A DNA stretch of 34,462 nt, taken from NCBI GenBank assembly GCA_031274005.1, contig JAISQU010000003.1:1-34462 (forward strand). The letters run 5' to 3'. The notes beneath the pieces are model-generated. The model searched no databases, had not been told where the DNA came from, and saw only the letters and a program-made list of their open reading frames with translations. Source of the DNA: Spirochaetales bacterium. GTDB lineage: Bacteria > Spirochaetota > Spirochaetia > DTKZ01. Below are positions 17,116-25,690 of the stretch, in pieces. A program made the position numbers and the translations under genes. Numbering within the stretch: the first letter of the stretch is position 1; every line of letters starts with the position of its first letter.

Positions 17116-19278
17116 TCAGCTTTGTTTTTCTTCCGCTGTGGTGAGAATCTCTTCGATTCTGCCGGCCAGATTCTCGCCATACGCATAGATATCCGTAACC
17201 TCGTCTTTATTCATCCGGAAGCCGACGGCGCCCGGATGCCCGCCGCCGTTTGTGATCCCAAGCCGCGCGATGACTGAGCGAAGATCAAGGGCCAGGAACT
17301 TCGCGCTCCTGCGCAGACGAAACTGAATAAGATTGGAAATATCGGGGGCGTCGTAGTAGACAACCAGCCCCAGTTTTTTGCTTGCCTCCGCAAGGTGGTC
17401 GGCCGCGGATTTCGATACGTTGACGATAATTTCCTCTCCGTAGCGGTCGAAAAGCTCTTCGGATTCTTTTTCTCCCAGTATGATGCGGTGTACTGATTGT
17501 GTTTTTTTCAGATGCTTCTTCATCAGGCCGTAACATTCGTTTTCCTGCTTTGAAAAACTGCGTATAACCGCAAAAATATCCTCCATGGAGCTCATGTTCC
17601 GCCCGTTCTTCGTGGTTCTTTCAAGAAGAAGCGTGTCGAAAATTCCGCCGAAGATCCGGTAATACCAGCGCTCTTTATTCGTTTTGAGGTATTTCCCCAT
17701 CTGGGAATCTCCCACAATGCCCGTTAGAATCGCCAGGGCGAGATTCCGAGAAAAAAAGTCCGTCTCGCCGGCCTGTGCATCGGGATTTTTTGAAAGCTTC
17801 AGGGCAAGATATCCAATGAGTTCGCAGGCGCTTGAGGCGTTTGAAACAAGCCTGTAGCCGGGGTCGCCCGCGTAGCAGGAATCCGCATGAAGGTGATGGT
17901 CTATCTCTATCTTTCTTACCGAGGGGTCCGCGAGGACGCTGCGCACCGAAGCGTTTGTCATGATCATCTCCGGTTTGGGCGTATCGAGAATCACCGCGGC
18001 CCCTATGCGTTTTGTCACCTCTGTCTGAACATCCCGAATGACATTGATGGAGTTGTATTTGCATATTGCAAGAAGATAGTTCAGTTGTTCGATAACAGGA
18101 TCGGGAAGAAAAATCGTAACCTCTTTCTGAAACTTGGCCAAAAGCAGCGCGAAGGCGACAAGCGAGGCGATGCAGTCCGCGTCCGGCTCCTTGTGGCCCA
18201 GAAGGAGGAAAGAGTTGTGCGTAAAAATTTCTGTTATAATGTTTTGTACTATGCGTTTTTTCCCCGCAATGGTGCAGATTTCTGTTTTGGTTTCGCTCTG
18301 CTGCCCGGCGGCGCGGGACGGAGCAAGCACTGCCCGGTCGCGGCCCTCCTGTTTTGCCGTATAGACCGCCTTGTCGGCCGCTTCCTTCAGCGCTGCGGGA
18401 CTATCCGCGGTTTCCGGTACGGCGGCTATGCCTATACTCAGGGTAATCGTCACTTCGGGATGTTCGGGAAACCGGACTTCCCGGAGGCGTTGAGCCATAT
18501 CCCCGCAGAGCGCGCGCGCTCTCTGCCCGTCTGTATCAGGAAGAATGAAAGAAAACTCATCCCCGCCGTAGCGGGCAAGAATATCGGTTTCGCGGAAAGA
18601 TTCCCTGAAAACTTTTGAGGCGGCCAGAATCGCCTGGTCGCCGAAAGCCTCGCCAAATTCCTTGTTAAGCTGCCCGAAGCGGTCCATATCGATCATGACA
18701 AAAGACATGGGTTTTTTAGCGCCCAGCGCCCGCGAGACGGATGTGCTGAAAGACTCATCAAGAAAGCGCCGGTTGAAAAGGCCGGTAAACTCATCGGTGA
18801 TGGCCTTTTTTCGCGCGCCCTCGCCCCAGCGTACCATCTCAGAAAGGGCTGCGCCCGCGTCTTTGAAGCGGCCCGAGATGATAGTCAGCATTTGGTAAAG
18901 GATTTTCAGGGCCATATCGGGATACAGATGAATAATATCGTAGAAGTCCTGCCTGTGCAGAGACAGAAGATCGCAGGGCTCGCCTGTCCTGCATGTCGCC
19001 GAACGCGGCGCGTTTTCTATGATTGCCATGTCCCCGAAGAAACTGCCTTTTTCTATGGCCGCAATAAAGAATTCTGTTCCGTCGGCAAGCAGCATTGATG
19101 TATGTATGACGCCGTCAAGAATAACATACAATTCTTTCCCCTCATCGCCTTCGTGAAAAACAGTTTCTCCCTTCCCGAACCGCACCCGCTTCATCCGTGA
19201 AATAAGAATATCAAGCTCAAAGTCCTGGAGATCGGCAAATATCGTTATTTTATTTAAAGCGCCGTGTAAATCCTGCAC
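17116..19278 (-). CDS. cNMP-binding domain + GGDEF diguanylate cyclase domain + DHH/DHHA1 phosphoesterase domain fusion protein
   Basis: CAP_ED signature FGDMAIIENAPRSATCRT. RETD-x5-GGDEF (nt 18553-18594). DHH motifs GHKEPDADCIAS, LDTP and IDHH (nt 17893-17901). DHHA1 GGGH (nt 17236-17247). GTG start 8 nt after AAGGAG and 12 nt after the upstream gene stop. Confidence 0.85.
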   Translation of the reverse strand: MQDLHGALNKITIFADLQDFELDILISRMKRVRFGKGETVFHEGDEGKELYVILDGVIHTSMLLADGTEFFIAAIEKGSFFGDMAIIENAPRSATCRTGEPCDLLSLHRQDFYDIIHLYPDMALKILYQMLTIISGRFKDAGAALSEMVRWGEGARKKAITDEFTGLFNRRFLDESFSTSVSRALGAKKPMSFVMIDMDRFGQLNKEFGEAFGDQAILAASKVFRESFRETDILARYGGDEFSFILPDTDGQRARALCGDMAQRLREVRFPEHPEVTITLSIGIAAVPETADSPAALKEAADKAVYTAKQEGRDRAVLAPSRAAGQQSETKTEICTIAGKKRIVQNIITEIFTHNSFLLLGHKEPDADCIASLVAFALLLAKFQKEVTIFLPDPVIEQLNYLLAICKYNSINVIRDVQTEVTKRIGAAVILDTPKPEMIMTNASVRSVLADPSVRKIEIDHHLHADSCYAGDPGYRLVSNASSACELIGYLALKLSKNPDAQAGETDFFSRNLALAILTGIVGDSQMGKYLKTNKERWYYRIFGGIFDTLLLERTTKNGRNMSSMEDIFAVIRSFSKQENECYGLMKKHLKKTQSVHRIILGEKESEELFDRYGEEIIVNVSKSAADHLAEASKKLGLVVYYDAPDISNLIQFRLRRSAKFLALDLRSVIARLGITNGGGHPGAVGFRMNKDEVTDIYAYGENLAGRIEEILTTAEEKQS

Positions 19279-19290
19279 GCATTCCGCTCC

Positions 19291-20286
19291 TTATTCCTGT
19301 TTATCCTCGGGGAACAGAATTTTATTTCCGCCCCGTTCCCGCCCGATGAGCGGCAGTTCGTGGGCCGCCGCGATAAGCCCGGCAGCTTCCCGCGCGTGGT
19401 CCGGAAATACCGCTGCGCCTATGCTGACGGAAAGCTCGAAAGGCTTGCCCCCCGTCATGGACGACACATCGAGCTTGTTCAGCAGGCTCCTGATATCTTC
19501 GGCCATCAGCAGGGCTTTCTGCCTGTCCGTATCGGGAAAAACACAGGCCAGCTCGTTCCCCATAAACCGGACGGTAACGGCGTTTTCGGGAACATGCCGG
19601 ACCAGCGCCGTACCTATGGCGACAAGGGCCTGGTCTCCGGCCTCATGTCCAAAATTGTCGTTGATGAACTTGAAATTATCCGGTTTTACCATAAGAAGGC
19701 TCACGGGGCGCGCGGCGTCTGTCAAATAGGAGGGAAGCCGCTCTTCGAGAAAAGTTTTGTTATACAAACCGGTCAGCTTGTCTCCGTACACCTGAGTGCG
19801 CATTTCCTGAACCCAGGGGGAGTTCTCCTTGAGCAGCGCGTTGGACTTGCGAATACGCGCCGCGGTTGTCTGCATAAACAGGTGCAGAAGTTCCGCGCCG
19901 GTGGGCGGGTAAGCAAGCAGAAGGTCCTGCAACCCCTTGCCCTGGCTGGGAAAACGCAAAAGCTCACTGTCTTCGGCGGCGCGGGCCTCGGCGTTCCGCT
20001 TTGTATTCATCAGCATATCGACTTCGCCGAAAAAATCCCCCGCGCTGTACCTGGCTATTTCATGGTGCTGCCGGTGGCTTTGCGCCGAATACTGTAGAAC
20101 CGATATTTCCCCGCTTTTCACAATGTACAAACTGTTTCCGGAATCTCCCGGCAAGAAGACCGCGCCGCCTTTGGGGATGGCGTAAATCGAGCAAAATTCC
20201 GCTATTTGTTCCAGCATCTGGGCCTTGCATGACGCAAAAAGCCCTGTCCGGGAAAGAAGGCTGGTTTTTTCCTGTAAATCCATCAT
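19291..20286 (-). CDS. cNMP-binding domain + degenerate GGDEF domain protein (MGNEL in place of GGDEF, no RxxD I-site)
   Basis: CAP_ED signature FFGEVDMLMNTKRNAEARA. GGDEF-fold hallmarks LTGLYNK, FINDNFGHEAGDQAL and SVSIGAAVF, but the active-site pentapeptide reads MGNEL (nt 19549-19563). ATG at 20286 (or 20283) is preferred to the TTG at 20295. Confidence 0.8.
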   Translation of the reverse strand: MMDLQEKTSLLSRTGLFASCKAQMLEQIAEFCSIYAIPKGGAVFLPGDSGNSLYIVKSGEISVLQYSAQSHRQHHEIARYSAGDFFGEVDMLMNTKRNAEARAAEDSELLRFPSQGKGLQDLLLAYPPTGAELLHLFMQTTAARIRKSNALLKENSPWVQEMRTQVYGDKLTGLYNKTFLEERLPSYLTDAARPVSLLMVKPDNFKFINDNFGHEAGDQALVAIGTALVRHVPENAVTVRFMGNELACVFPDTDRQKALLMAEDIRSLLNKLDVSSMTGGKPFELSVSIGAAVFPDHAREAAGLIAAAHELPLIGRERGGNKILFPEDKQE

Positions 20287-20343
20287 TGAATGCAATATTT
20301 ATATAACATTTTCCATTTTTCCGCAATGTGTTAGAATTACCGA

Positions 20344-21549
20344 ATGAAAGATTCCCCTGATTCCTTTATGAAAAGAGTCCGCCGCCAGGTAGTCTGCCGG
20401 GATTACACTTTTTTGGCAGTTGTCCAGCCCGCGCTCCGCGGCGTCTGCGGATCGGAGCTTGCGGAAAACGGATTCACCGTAAACGGCGAAACGGAGGCGG
20501 GCCTGGAGTTTTCCGGTTCGCTGCGGGAAGGCTGGCGGGCGAATCTTGTTTTACGCACAGCGTCGCGGGTTTACTGCCGCGTCGCGCGTTTCCGGGCGGG
20601 CGCGCGGGAAGAGCTGTACCGCAGGGTTGCCGCCTTTGCCTGGGAACTGTGGCTGCCGCCCGCCGCCGAAGTCCGGATCCGGGTCAAGGTGCGCCGCTCG
20701 CGGCTGCGGCATGAGGGCGCAGCCGCCCAGGCTTTTTTCGACGGCCTTCGCCGGCATTACGGGAACATAGGCCTTCCCGCGCCCCGCGAGGCTCTTCAGG
20801 AAAACAGAAAAACAGAGAACTGTCAAAGGGTACTGCTTCGCGTAACCCGCAACTCCTGTGAAATCAGCCTTGATATGTCCGGCATGCCCCTGTACACCCG
20901 CGGTTACAGAACAGGCGGCGGCATAGCCCCCCTGAGGGAAAGCCTTGCGGCGGCCCTGCTTCGGGAACTGGGCTGGACAGGGGAGGGGATTCTTGCCGAC
21001 GGAATGACCGGCAGCGGAACCCTTGCCATAGAAGCCGCGCTTATCTCAGGAGCTCTGCCGCCGGGAGGGAACAGGGTCTTCCGGTTTCAGGCGTGGCCCT
21101 CCTTCACGGAACCGGCCTGGCGGCATATACAGAAAAAAGCCGCGCCCGCCGCCTGTCCCGCGAATGGCTGCCTGTTCGCTCTTGACATCAGCGCTCAGGC
21201 GATCGGCCTTGCCCAAAAAAACGCGGGCCGTGCGGGAGTTCAGGACCGCATCCTGTGGGAGCGCGGCGATTTCTTCAATTGGACGGGAACGAACCTAAGG
21301 GCGCGTTCCCGTGCGGCGGAACAGGCCCCCGGCTATCTGGTATTGAATCCTCCCTACGGAAAACGGCTTGCGGAAGGAGGCGAACACCTGTACCGAAACC
21401 TGGGCCGGCATATACTCAGGAATTTTTCCGGCTGGAACGCGCTTGTTCTTTTTCCCGGCGCGGCGCTCCTGAAAGCCTTTGGCGGCGAACCCAAACGCAT
21501 CCTGCCTCTGCGCCACGGCGGCATAAATATTCTGGCCGGGTTTTTCTGA
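20344..21549 (+). CDS. THUMP-domain class I SAM-dependent RNA methyltransferase (RlmL/Trm14-like, UPF0020)
   Basis: N-terminal THUMP-like region, SAM motif I DGMTGSGTLAIEAAL and motif IV LVLNPPYGKRL. 401 aa. Confidence 0.8.
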   Translation: MKDSPDSFMKRVRRQVVCRDYTFLAVVQPALRGVCGSELAENGFTVNGETEAGLEFSGSLREGWRANLVLRTASRVYCRVARFRAGAREELYRRVAAFAWELWLPPAAEVRIRVKVRRSRLRHEGAAAQAFFDGLRRHYGNIGLPAPREALQENRKTENCQRVLLRVTRNSCEISLDMSGMPLYTRGYRTGGGIAPLRESLAAALLRELGWTGEGILADGMTGSGTLAIEAALISGALPPGGNRVFRFQAWPSFTEPAWRHIQKKAAPAACPANGCLFALDISAQAIGLAQKNAGRAGVQDRILWERGDFFNWTGTNLRARSRAAEQAPGYLVLNPPYGKRLAEGGEHLYRNLGRHILRNFSGWNALVLFPGAALLKAFGGEPKRILPLRHGGINILAGFF

Positions 21550-21594
21550 TGCGAAGCGCTTATTGCGCCTTCAGGGGCCGGCAATCACAGGCTG

Positions 21595-22782
21595 CTATTC
21601 CGTATCCATCTTCGGCGCGCCCAGCGTCAGCATTCTTACTGTTTGCTGCAATTCCTGTATTTTCTGCTGCTGCGCCGCGATAATGGCCTGCATGTCTGCG
21701 GTATCCCCGCCGCGGCTTTCCGGGTCTGCGTTCGCGGCAGCCTCCCGCATACCGGCCCAGTCGTTTTCCGCCTCAATTGAAGCCAGTTCAAAGGAGTCTT
21801 TATACAGCGAAAGATCCAGCGGAAGATCGGGGAAATTGTGCGACTGGAAAATCTTTTCCGCAATCCTCTCGATCTGCTTTGCCGCTATGCTGTCCGGCGA
21901 CTGAACCGCCAGAGGCATGAGTTTTTTCATGGCCTTGTCCACCTCGTTGTCCGCGCACACCATTCCCAGGCAGGACAGGTCTATATTCAGGCTGTCCTTG
22001 ACGAGATAACGCAGATTTTCGATGAGCTTCAGGTCTTCCGGCGCTGTGGCCATATTGACGATAAGGCTGGGCTTCAGGTTCTTCAGATATTCCCGCGCTT
22101 TTTTCGCCTCGCTCTTGTCCAGCTTCTCAATGTCGTGCAGAATTTTATTCATCCTGAAATGAATATTCGGCCGGGTCTCCCGCAAAACATCCCGTATATA
22201 CGTTTCCACGGAGGGCTTTCCGGTCAAGGCCCTCTGGAGAAAGCGGAAGTTCAGATTTTTCAAAAAACTGAAAGCATTCAAAAGCGATGTCACCTGGGGC
22301 GCCACGATGAGCAGTCCCGAATTGGAAATAAGAAAGAAATCAATGATGTTGAAATGGCTGCCCGCGCCCAGGTCCATAATGATATAATCCGCCTCAAGTT
22401 TCAGAAGCTGGCTGACAATGTTTCTCTTCTGATTGTAGACAATATCGGCCATCCCCGGCGCCAGAACATCACCGGGAATAAAAAACAGGTTGGGGTAATC
22501 GGTCCTGTACATAACATCCTGCAGGGCAAGGTTCTTGTTCGCCAGGTAGTTGCCCAGGCCCGGCCGGGTATTCTTCAGGCCAAGACAGGTATGCAGATTC
22601 GAGGCGCCCATATCCAGGTCAACCAGAATTACGCGCTTGCCCAGCCGGCCCAGGTACAAGCCCAGGTTCACGGTCAGAATGGACTTCCCCACTCCTCCCT
22701 TGCCTCCGGCCAGAGGAATAATTTTTCTGTAAGATTTGTCGCTTAAAACCATGATACCAGGACTATACCGCAAATAAAGCAT
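21595..22782 (-). CDS. Orphan ParA/MinD-family P-loop ATPase with about 110-aa C-terminal extension ending in a Gln-rich coiled-coil-like segment
   Basis: Deviant Walker A GGKGGVGKS with the signature Lys, Walker A-prime VLVDLDMGASN and Walker B YIIMDLGAG. C-terminal QAIIAAQQQKIQELQQTV. Not embedded in a flagellar (flhF) or min operon in this window. An alternative ATG lies at 22752. Confidence 0.8.
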   Translation of the reverse strand: MLYLRYSPGIMVLSDKSYRKIIPLAGGKGGVGKSILTVNLGLYLGRLGKRVILVDLDMGASNLHTCLGLKNTRPGLGNYLANKNLALQDVMYRTDYPNLFFIPGDVLAPGMADIVYNQKRNIVSQLLKLEADYIIMDLGAGSHFNIIDFFLISNSGLLIVAPQVTSLLNAFSFLKNLNFRFLQRALTGKPSVETYIRDVLRETRPNIHFRMNKILHDIEKLDKSEAKKAREYLKNLKPSLIVNMATAPEDLKLIENLRYLVKDSLNIDLSCLGMVCADNEVDKAMKKLMPLAVQSPDSIAAKQIERIAEKIFQSHNFPDLPLDLSLYKDSFELASIEAENDWAGMREAAANADPESRGGDTADMQAIIAAQQQKIQELQQTVRMLTLGAPKMDTE

Positions 22783-22817
22783 ATACGGAATAGGCGCTTA
22801 TGTGTTAAACTATCACT

Positions 22818-25559
22818 ATGATAGACGATCCCAGACTCAGGGTTTTTCACATTGATACGGAGTGTTATATCATTTATGTTGGAAAAAACCCAAACGACTA
22901 CCGGCCGTTTCTGAGAGTCGGCAATTCGCGTTTTCTGCCGGAGAAGGCCAGGAAGCTCATTTCCGCCGTTATCATAACGGACTCGCTCACGGGGAACCAG
23001 CTCATTGAGCACGAGAACCTCCAGATTCCCTTAAACGGAGAAACCCGTTATATAGGCGATCCCGACGAAGTTGCCAAACTCAAGCAGTTCCTTGAAGACA
23101 ACGAAATTCCCTCAGAAGGCTATACGAATGAGGATATTCAGGATATGCCTCCGGAAAAAAGCGGAGCTTTTGTTTACTTTTATAAAAACGGCAACATGCA
23201 GCTTTTTCATGACAAAGAGCGTCTTTTCGACCTTCAGGACAGGGAAAAGGAGGACAGCCATTTTATCTACCGCGTAGAGAAAACCGTTCAGGCTGTCAAG
23301 TCAAATCCCTTCCGGTACCTGCCTTCAGACCTGGTCTGTCCGGGTTTTTTTTTCTCGGGCGAACACCCCTTCTTTTTCCGCGAAGGCAAGATCGGAACCC
23401 TCGGTATTTCCGTCGACTATTTCCGCGATTTGGGGAAGTACGGCTTCGATCCCGACCTGCTCTCGTGGCTTGTGGAAGACCGCATCTCCGAAGGTCTTTT
23501 GTGCCGCTTCAAGCGGGCCACCGTAACAAAAAAAGACATACGGGTAGCTACCCTCGATCTGCGTAAGTTCCGGAACGCCGTCTCCCTTTTTACCTCTTCG
23601 GGCCTGTCCTGTATTATCGTACATCTGGAACCGGGAGAAGAAAAAGTCTTTTCCGGCTTTTCCCTGCGGCGCAGGGAAATGGACCTTGCCGTGGTTTTCC
23701 CTGCGGCTTCCGGGTTTCCCGAAGTCGTTTTCCCGGAGAACTCCGAGACTTCCGAAGGCCATGTGTTGCGTGAAGTTATAAAGAATGCGGGCGTCGGCGG
23801 CGCGGCCTTCCATCCTGTGGAAGGCGTTCCCTACCGCATTATTGACAAGGCGGATGAAGATACCGATGTCCTCATTAAAACCTATCTTCTTGATGTGGCC
23901 GCTGAACTTAAGGATATGGAGGATGCCGCAGGTCAGGAACTGCTTAAATCGCTGGAAACCCTTTGCCGGGCCCTTACCTCACCCCGTGGAAGCGCCGCCG
24001 CAAAGGTTTTGTCCGACGCGAAAAACAAAAACACAGGCGATAAGGCATCGGAAAAAATCGTGTATCTTTTGTGGAATATACATGAGTTCGCCCGCCTCTG
24101 CTCCGCCCGTAAGGGGATATCCGCCGGTCTTATGAAAAATGCCGGCCGCCTGGACGCTCTTGTGGCCCGGCCCGTCATGCCCTTAAAAAACGCGACGCAT
24201 TTGCCCGCTTTGGGCGATCTGTATAAAAACGATAAAGACTGGTACGTTTTTTACCGCTGGAACGGAGTGCTGACAAAACTCAAACTCCTACAGGCCCAGA
24301 AAAGCAGTGAAACCATAGAAAAACTCGGTGTTCACGATAACGAGAGTTTTTATGTCTCAGAACGGCAAAGGTTCATCAGCTTTATAGGCGGCCTCATGGA
24401 ACCGCCTCCGGGCAGAAAAAAACCGCTTCCGCCGGAGATCCCTGTTCGGGACGGCCCCGCCGGTAACACCGCAGCGGCCGTGGAAAAACCCGCCGTCCAA
24501 CCCGAAAAGAAAACCCTCGCCGCCGTGACCGCCGCCCGGCCCGAAAAGAAAATCCCCGCCCGCCCGGCGGAGGCGCTCACAAAGGCAAAGGTCGTATCCG
24601 GTTCGGGGCAACCCGTCGCCGAGGTTCCGGCGGCGGCCGCTCCGGCAGCCGTTTCACAAAGTTCAGCCCTCCGCTCTACAATAAACAAGGCGTTTCAAGG
24701 CAAGTTTCTCTTGCCGGCTCTTGCTATTGTCGCCCTGGGAGGCGGATCCTTCCTTCTTCTCAGGAGCTGTTCCGGCGCTTCGGCTCAGGACGCCCGGACA
24801 GGGCAGGAAAGCGTTCAAAACCCCGGCGCGCCTGCGGCCTCCGCTCCAGGAGTATCTTCACCCCCGCCTGCAGCCGGCCCCTCCGCCGCGCGGCCTGAAA
24901 CCCCCGCCGCGCCGTCCGTGCAGTCTTCCGGAACAGCGGCGCCCGCATCCGGCGCGCCTGCGGCCTCCGCTCCAGGAGAATCTTCACCCCCGCCTGCGGC
25001 CGGCCCCTCCGCCGCGCGGCCTGAGACCTCCGCCGCGCCGTCCGGACAGTCTCCCGGAACAGCGGCGCCCCCGCCCGGCGCGGCTGCGGCCTCTCCCCGG
25101 CCGGCCCGTGAGCAAACACCCCCGGCCGGAGATCCCGCCGCCCGGGCCGGAGCGGCTGCGGCGGGGATTGATCCCGCCTCTATACATATTACTGTTCTTG
25201 ATATATACTATTGTGTGAACGAAATAGCCGTTAAAAATGGTTACAGTTCTTTGAATGGAGAAGTCAGAAAACAGCGTGATCCCAACTGGATTTATCCGGG
25301 CAGAACTTTTGTACTGCCCGATAACACTGTCTATGTGATAGAGTTGCAGGACACGCTGTGGGAAATCGCGGAAGACTATATTCGGGAAAATATTCGCGAA
25401 TTGTGCCGGGCTTATGATGAGCTTCTGCTGTCTTACGGGCCGGGGCAGATTCCCGCCGGGAAAAGAGAGGATGTTTCGGGAGGAATACGAAATCTCATAA
25501 CCCGGTCCAGGAGCGAAAACCTCAGGAGGGTTTTTGAGGAAAAAATACGGAATCTGTAA
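22818..25559 (+). CDS. Large bitopic protein: about 520-aa unknown N-terminal domain, Pro/Lys linker, one TM helix, Pro/Ala/Ser-rich tandem repeat, C-terminal LysM-like modules
   Basis: 913-aa ORF with ATG start. TM FLLPALAIVALGGGSFLLL (nt 24705-24761). Two copies of a 42-aa repeat. C-terminal ...NEIAVKNGY...DPNWIYPGRTFVLP and YVIELQDTLWEIAEDY resemble LysM halves. The N-terminal domain has no motif I recognise. Confidence 0.75.
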   Translation: MIDDPRLRVFHIDTECYIIYVGKNPNDYRPFLRVGNSRFLPEKARKLISAVIITDSLTGNQLIEHENLQIPLNGETRYIGDPDEVAKLKQFLEDNEIPSEGYTNEDIQDMPPEKSGAFVYFYKNGNMQLFHDKERLFDLQDREKEDSHFIYRVEKTVQAVKSNPFRYLPSDLVCPGFFFSGEHPFFFREGKIGTLGISVDYFRDLGKYGFDPDLLSWLVEDRISEGLLCRFKRATVTKKDIRVATLDLRKFRNAVSLFTSSGLSCIIVHLEPGEEKVFSGFSLRRREMDLAVVFPAASGFPEVVFPENSETSEGHVLREVIKNAGVGGAAFHPVEGVPYRIIDKADEDTDVLIKTYLLDVAAELKDMEDAAGQELLKSLETLCRALTSPRGSAAAKVLSDAKNKNTGDKASEKIVYLLWNIHEFARLCSARKGISAGLMKNAGRLDALVARPVMPLKNATHLPALGDLYKNDKDWYVFYRWNGVLTKLKLLQAQKSSETIEKLGVHDNESFYVSERQRFISFIGGLMEPPPGRKKPLPPEIPVRDGPAGNTAAAVEKPAVQPEKKTLAAVTAARPEKKIPARPAEALTKAKVVSGSGQPVAEVPAAAAPAAVSQSSALRSTINKAFQGKFLLPALAIVALGGGSFLLLRSCSGASAQDARTGQESVQNPGAPAASAPGVSSPPPAAGPSAARPETPAAPSVQSSGTAAPASGAPAASAPGESSPPPAAGPSAARPETSAAPSGQSPGTAAPPPGAAAASPRPAREQTPPAGDPAARAGAAAAGIDPASIHITVLDIYYCVNEIAVKNGYSSLNGEVRKQRDPNWIYPGRTFVLPDNTVYVIELQDTLWEIAEDYIRENIRELCRAYDELLLSYGPGQIPAGKREDVSGGIRNLITRSRSENLRRVFEEKIRNL
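24825..25096 (+). repeat. In-frame tandem repeat, 126-bp unit, about 2.15 copies (encodes GAPAASAPG(V/E)SSPPPAAGPSAARPET...)
   Basis: Copy 1 (24825-24950) and copy 2 (24951-25076) differ at only a handful of positions. A third copy starts at 25077 (ggcgcggctgcggcctctcc) and then diverges. Confidence 0.9.
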
Positions 25560-25601
25560 GGTTTCAAGAAAAAGAGCAAAAAAAGATTTTCCCTCTTTTT
25601 C

Positions 25602-25631
25602 TTTACACAACTTTGCATTATACTGTATAAT
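25602..25631 (+). promoter_or_regulatory. Sigma-70 promoter of cfpA
   Basis: TTTACA (25602-25607), 18-nt spacer, consensus TATAAT (25626-25631). AAGGAG RBS at 25679-25684, 6 nt before the ATG at 25691. Confidence 0.6.
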
Positions 25632-25690
25632 AACTAACTTAGGAATACGGGGAGTGTTTCCCTGAAAATATTTAGGTAAAGGAGTTGTCT

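Noticed and set aside
24721-25218. Arg/Pro-rich ORFs in the other frames of the Pro/Ala repeat region (165 aa on +, 119 aa on -)
   Set aside because: They are a by-product of the GC-rich tandem repeat. The frame giving the TM helix, PA-rich stalk and LysM-like end is continuous with the 913-aa ORF.
25568-25601. Hairpin gaaaaagag / ctctttttc after the 913-aa gene as a terminator
   Set aside because: The 9-bp stem is almost all A-T with a 16-nt loop, too weak to call. It may still contribute, but I cannot support it as a feature.
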